From: Chlorobiota bacterium
GTDB taxonomy: Bacteria > Bacteroidota > Ignavibacteria > OLB7
DNA: 64,000 bases
NCBI GenBank assembly: GCA_021296135.1
Contig: JAGWAZ010000018.1
Location: 31,808-95,807, forward strand
Reading direction: 5' to 3'
The notes under the pieces were generated by a model. The model made no database searches, was not told where the DNA came from, and saw only the letters and a list, made by a program, of their open reading frames with translations. The translations under genes and the position numbers were made by a program. This document shows, piece after piece, positions 58,334-64,000 of the stretch (position 1 is the first letter of the stretch; every line of letters begins with the position of its first letter).

Positions 58334-59737
58334 CTACAGATTCAATCCTGCTTCCAACAATTGGTTTACTTTATTCTCGGAGTCAGCTTCAGCGTAATAA
58401 CGGAGGAGTGGTTCGGTTCCGGAGGCGCGAATCAAGAGCCACCCGTTATCTACGAAAAACTTGTAGCCGTCGAGGGTGCTTGCTTTCGTTACTGGATATT
58501 TGTCGAGCTTCGTTAGTCCGGCAGCCGCCCGTTTCAGGATTGCATCTTTTCGCTCTTGCGTCATCGGTTTGTCGATACGGCGGTAGCGATGTGGTCCGAA
58601 CTCATCATCAAGTTCACGTGATAGCTGACCGATCGACTTCCCTTTCTTTGCCATCAGCTCCAGAAGAAGCAGTCCGTTGAAAATGCCGTCTCGTTCCGGA
58701 ATATGCAGGATTGTGCCGAGTCCACCTGACTCCTCACCTCCGATGAGAATCCGCTCGTTGGCCATCAAGTCAGCAATATATTTGAAGCCGACCGGTGTCT
58801 CTATCAGTTTGATCTTGTTCCGCTCACAGTAATCGTTGACCATTGTTGTAAGGGAGATTGTCTTTGCCACAGTGCCACGTTTGTTACGGTCTTCATAGAG
58901 ATACTTCATCAGAAGAACAAAGACGCGATGTGAGTCGATGAAGCTCCCATCCTCAGCGATCACACCAAGCCGATCCGCATCGCCGTCAGAGGCGAGTCCG
59001 ATAGCATAACCTTCAGAACCGACGCGCTGGCTCAACTCGCCAAGGTACTCGCCGAGTGGTTCCGGGTGATCGATTCCGGTGAAGGCAGGATTGTGCTCGT
59101 TGTGAATATGATCGACATCCTTCAGAAGCAGATCCATCGTCTGAATGCCTGCGCCGAACATCGGATCATAAAGCACCTTGAACTTTGCTTTGCTGATCGC
59201 GTTCAGATCGATCTTCTTCTTCACATACTCCACGTACTCCTTTCGAGCATCGAAATAGCGAAGAGTTTTCTCCTTCAGATACTCATCCAGACTTGCAACC
59301 TTTGGAAGCCGCTTCGGAAGCTTCTTCTCAAAGGCCCTCACGGTCTTCTGAACTTTCGCGATGTCTGCAGGAGCCGAAGGGCCGCCATATCCTGCCTTCA
59401 GCTTGAAGCCGTTGTACTCGGCCGGATTGTGGCTTGCGGTAATCACTACACCTCCGGCCAGTCGTTTTCTTTTCGCCGCAAGCGATACCTGCGGAGTTGT
59501 CGAGATGCGATCCGTCAGCCAGACCTTCATGCCCTCTGAGGCAAAGAGACGCGCGGTTGTCTCAGCAAACTTATCCGAGAGAAATCGAGAGTCGTAGCCC
59601 ACAACGATCCCTCGGTCAGCATTCTTCTGTCGTTTGTAAAATCTGGCTGCAGCTCGAGCAACGAGTGCAACATTCTCGAACGTAAAGTCGTGGGCGATAA
59701 GACCTCGCCATCCGTCAGTTCCAAAAATGATAGGCAT
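58334..59737 (-). CDS. Phosphoglucomutase/phosphomannomutase family protein
   Basis: FGTDGWRG, ITASHNP, DGDADR, GGEESGG, RASGTEP. Confidence 0.95.
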   Translation of the reverse strand: MPIIFGTDGWRGLIAHDFTFENVALVARAAARFYKRQKNADRGIVVGYDSRFLSDKFAETTARLFASEGMKVWLTDRISTTPQVSLAAKRKRLAGGVVITASHNPAEYNGFKLKAGYGGPSAPADIAKVQKTVRAFEKKLPKRLPKVASLDEYLKEKTLRYFDARKEYVEYVKKKIDLNAISKAKFKVLYDPMFGAGIQTMDLLLKDVDHIHNEHNPAFTGIDHPEPLGEYLGELSQRVGSEGYAIGLASDGDADRLGVIAEDGSFIDSHRVFVLLMKYLYEDRNKRGTVAKTISLTTMVNDYCERNKIKLIETPVGFKYIADLMANERILIGGEESGGLGTILHIPERDGIFNGLLLLELMAKKGKSIGQLSRELDDEFGPHRYRRIDKPMTQERKDAILKRAAAGLTKLDKYPVTKASTLDGYKFFVDNGWLLIRASGTEPLLRYYAEADSENKVNQLLEAGLNL

Positions 59738-59860
59738 GAGTAGAAGTTAGAAGTTCGATGTTAGAAGTGTGAAGTTTCATTTTTAGAAGGTAGGAGATAG
59801 AAGGTAGAATCTATGAAGTCTATGCCCCTCTATTCTCTCTACTACCTTTTCCATACTTCT

Positions 59861-61456
<1,596 letters not shown>

Positions 61457-61639
61457 CTACCATGTTTGCTGATTCTGCGTAACATCAGCTCGGATATTGA
61501 TTCCTTTCCCCAGATGCGCATATACTTGGCTAACGGCAGATATTCGGGCACGGGGCGATCAGTAAAACACCTCTTCTCCGGTTGAACCTCTTGAATGCAT
61601 CAATCTGAAACCGTATTTTTACTCCATGAATCATGCCTC

Positions 61640-61795
61640 ACCGCATCATTCAGAAATCTTCTATTGGAGTGAGAAAAGAGGCCTAGTCCCGGTACCTTGT
61701 ATCCGAATCACATGATCAATGCGATCAAGTTCTACTGCGAGAAAGTACTTGGACCACCCCTCAGGTTTATCGCTTGCCACATCCAAAAAAGGACA
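61640..61795 (+). pseudogene. Remnant of a tyrosine-recombinase N-terminal SAM-like domain
   Basis: Translation NHMINAIKFYCEKVLG, then (shifted frame) YRLPHPKK, matching the NQ-x-INAIKFYY-x-VL...RPKK pattern. Confidence 0.55.
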
Positions 61796-61796
61796 T

Positions 61797-62013
61797 AATA
61801 ACAGGGTAGAAGTGCAACTTGGGTTGACGAGCTTACCTCTTACTAATCCTCGTCTCCATACTGTTGATGGGCGGGAAGTCTATAGTACCGTATATGAAGA
61901 TAGTTTGTATGATGAGCAGAGGTTACAAATAGGTCTTCCCCGAGAACTCCCCTGATCTGTATATTCTGACTCTCACCTTTGAAAATGTGGTAAAGAGCCT
62001 GAAGGTGAGATAG
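61797..62013 (+). pseudogene. Remnant T9SS type A sorting (C-terminal) domain
   Basis: RLHTVDGREV...LPRELP[fs]LYILTLTFENVVKSLKVR*. Confidence 0.55.
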
Positions 62014-62051
62014 AGCAATTTGAAAGAGGGTGTAGAGACCGAGAACTGCTG

Positions 62052-62600
62052 ATGACGAGCCACAAAACAACAACTCTTGGTGGAGGATGTTTCTGGTGTG
62101 TCGAAGCAATCATGCTACGATTGAACGGGGTGATCTCTGCTGTTTCAGGATATTCGGGAGGGAAGACTGATAATCCTTCCTATCAGGATGTCTGCTCTGG
62201 GACAACCGGCTATGCAGAGGTTGTGCAGGTGACATTTGATCCGGAAGTCATTTCCTTTGAGGATATTCTTAAAGTTTTCTTCCATACTCATGATCCAACA
62301 ACGCTCAACAGACAAGGGGCTGATGTTGGTACTCAATATCGTTCAGTGATCTTCTACCACAACGAAGGTCAGAAGCAGATTGCAGAGCTAAAGAAGGCTG
62401 AGGTAGATGCAAGTGATCTCTGGCCAAATCCGATTGTGACAGAGATTGCTCCGTTTGAGAAGTTTTATCCGGCCGAGAACTACCACCAGAACTACTTCGA
62501 CACCAATCCGGATCAACCATACTGCATGGCAGTGATTGATCCGAAGGTGCGGAAGTTCATGAAGAACTTTGCAGAGAAGGTGACTGGAGACGTCAGATAG
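62052..62600 (+). CDS. msrA: Peptide-methionine (S)-S-oxide reductase
   Basis: GGCFWC, GYSGG, HDPTTLNRQGADVGTQYRS, AENYHQNY. Confidence 0.97.
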   Translation: MTSHKTTTLGGGCFWCVEAIMLRLNGVISAVSGYSGGKTDNPSYQDVCSGTTGYAEVVQVTFDPEVISFEDILKVFFHTHDPTTLNRQGADVGTQYRSVIFYHNEGQKQIAELKKAEVDASDLWPNPIVTEIAPFEKFYPAENYHQNYFDTNPDQPYCMAVIDPKVRKFMKNFAEKVTGDVR

Positions 62601-62663
62601 CAGACCTCAAGACCTTAAGGCAAAGCAGTCCACTTCCTTTTCAGAGGTTTGAGAACTGATGAC

Positions 62664-63185
62664 TCAGTCGGCTGGCTCACCGAGTCGAAATGCCTTTGCA
62701 TACCAGGTAGCTCCCGCCCTCTGCTCAAAACTTCCGGCTCGCAGCTCGCCAACAGATGGAACTGTCAGATTGAATACCGTAGTCTCAGAATCGACCGCTC
62801 CTTTGTTTGCGAGCGAGCCGAATGTGATTCGATCCACACAGCGAATTGTCTCTCCATCTCTATAGCAGCAGTTCGGAGCGTCAAGGAAATCGACGTCGAT
62901 CTCTTTGCCAAGCTCGCGCAAAAAGCGCGTCATAGCGTCGATTGAGCAGCCGGATGGCCCTGTCTGGTCCTGATCGACACCAATCAAGAGAAAACGGTTG
63001 TGCAAGATCAAGGTTGAGGCGGTCAGCTCAGTGCCATGTGCAGCCCAACCACCAAGAAACTCCCGTACTCTATTCTCGACGAACTCTTTTTGCTCTTCAG
63101 ACAATGGATATCCCGATGTAAAGGCCCAGAGCTGAGCATGGTCGGGCAACGCATCAAATGGAGTCAATCCCATGGTTGTATACAA
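62664..63185 (-). CDS. Conserved hypothetical protein (Bacteroidota family often mislabelled ABC transporter ATPase)
   Basis: W-x-AHG-x-L, SGCSID, T-x-VFN motifs; no Walker A. Confidence 0.75.
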   Translation of the reverse strand: MYTTMGLTPFDALPDHAQLWAFTSGYPLSEEQKEFVENRVREFLGGWAAHGTELTASTLILHNRFLLIGVDQDQTGPSGCSIDAMTRFLRELGKEIDVDFLDAPNCCYRDGETIRCVDRITFGSLANKGAVDSETTVFNLTVPSVGELRAGSFEQRAGATWYAKAFRLGEPAD

Positions 63186-63261
63186 TATATTAGTTGTCAG
63201 ACATTAGTGATCAGACCTCAGAAATGATCGGAGTATTTCTCTGATGTCTCATATCTGATGT

Positions 63262-64000
63262 CTACCCTACCATCTCCGATATTTCCAGGGCAGCATCAAC
63301 AGGCACATATTCAAGATCAAATGCCTCTGCGACTCCCTTGTGGGTTACAAGGCCGTTGATAATGTTGAGTCCATCACGAAGTCCTTCATCCTCTTCTAAT
63401 GCTTTTTCGTAGCCCTTGTTGGCCAGTTCGAGCATGTAGGGAAGTGTGGCATTCGTCAGACCGATCGTTGAAGTAAACGGAACTGCTCCCGGCATATTTG
63501 CGACGCCGTAATGAACGATGCCGTCAACCTCGTAGACCGGATCAGCATGTGTTGTCGGCTTCGAGGTCTCAACGCAGCCGCCCTGATCAACCGATACATC
63601 GACGATAACCGATCCAGGCTTCATCTCCGAGAGCATTGCGCGTGTGATGAGCCATGGAGCCTTTGCACCCGGAATAAGGACAGCGCCGATTACCAGATCA
63701 GCTTCGCGAATTGCTCCGAGGATACCGTGCGGTGTTGACATCATTGTGTCGGTGTTCTTCGGCATCACATCGTCGAGGTAGCGGAGACGATAGAGATTGT
63801 TGTCCATGATTGTCACGTTCGCCCCGAATCCTGCTGCTATCTTTGCAGCATGTGTTCCGACAACGCCGCCACCAAGTACAAGAACGTTGGCCGGCTTTGT
63901 GCCGGGAATACCACCAAGCAGCACACCACGTCCGCCCATCGGCTTCTCAAGGTACTTCGCCCCTTCCTGTGTTGCCATGCGTCCGGCAACTTCCGACATT
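63262..64000 (-). CDS. ald: Alanine dehydrogenase, C-terminal part; truncated by window edge
   Basis: MSEVAGRM, GGGVVG, IGAVLIPGAKAP, VDQGGC-x-ET, VANMPGAVP-x-TST. Confidence 0.96.
   Translation of the reverse strand, partial: MSEVAGRMATQEGAKYLEKPMGGRGVLLGGIPGTKPANVLVLGGGVVGTHAAKIAAGFGANVTIMDNNLYRLRYLDDVMPKNTDTMMSTPHGILGAIREADLVIGAVLIPGAKAPWLITRAMLSEMKPGSVIVDVSVDQGGCVETSKPTTHADPVYEVDGIVHYGVANMPGAVPFTSTIGLTNATLPYMLELANKGYEKALEEDEGLRDGLNIINGLVTHKGVAEAFDLEYVPVDAALEISEMVG

Overview
Bacterial chromosomal segment, most likely from the Bacteroidota/Chlorobiota/Ignavibacteria/Kapabacteria radiation. This is inferred from the gene families (DUF4292, Bacteroidota-type LptD, PorV-like barrel, a T9SS C-terminal-domain remnant), not from a search. 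The core is housekeeping: pyrD (partial), moeA, lptG-like, ftsX, surE, rseP, dxr, RNase E/G, SRP RNA, lptD, prfA, L,D-transpeptidase, lolA, fused E1 dehydrogenase, nrdJ, PGM/PMM, eno, msrA and ald (partial). Three accessory zones stand out. (1) A co-oriented array of about 12 small genes with 7 intact and 1 truncated VOC/glyoxalase paralogues (0.6-6.2 kb). (2) A three-gene secreted-protein/lipoprotein module preceded by a 39-bp tandem repeat (12.3-14.7 kb). (3) An ~11.6-kb mosaic defence island (45.7-57.3 kb) bracketed by two same-orientation copies of an internally deleted IS30 miniature element. It carries a Type III R-M system, an OLD-type ABC-ATPase/TOPRIM gene broken at its signature motif and followed by an attC-like hairpin, a coupled AAA-ATPase + TOPRIM-like + pyrimidine-dimer-glycosylase trio, and a decayed IS5. 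The trio is the best candidate for an undescribed anti-phage system. Several broken genes (lptG, DUF4397, TPR, DUF6958, DUF4921) may be real decay or assembly errors. All family calls come from motif recognition by eye, and GC comparisons are visual impressions.
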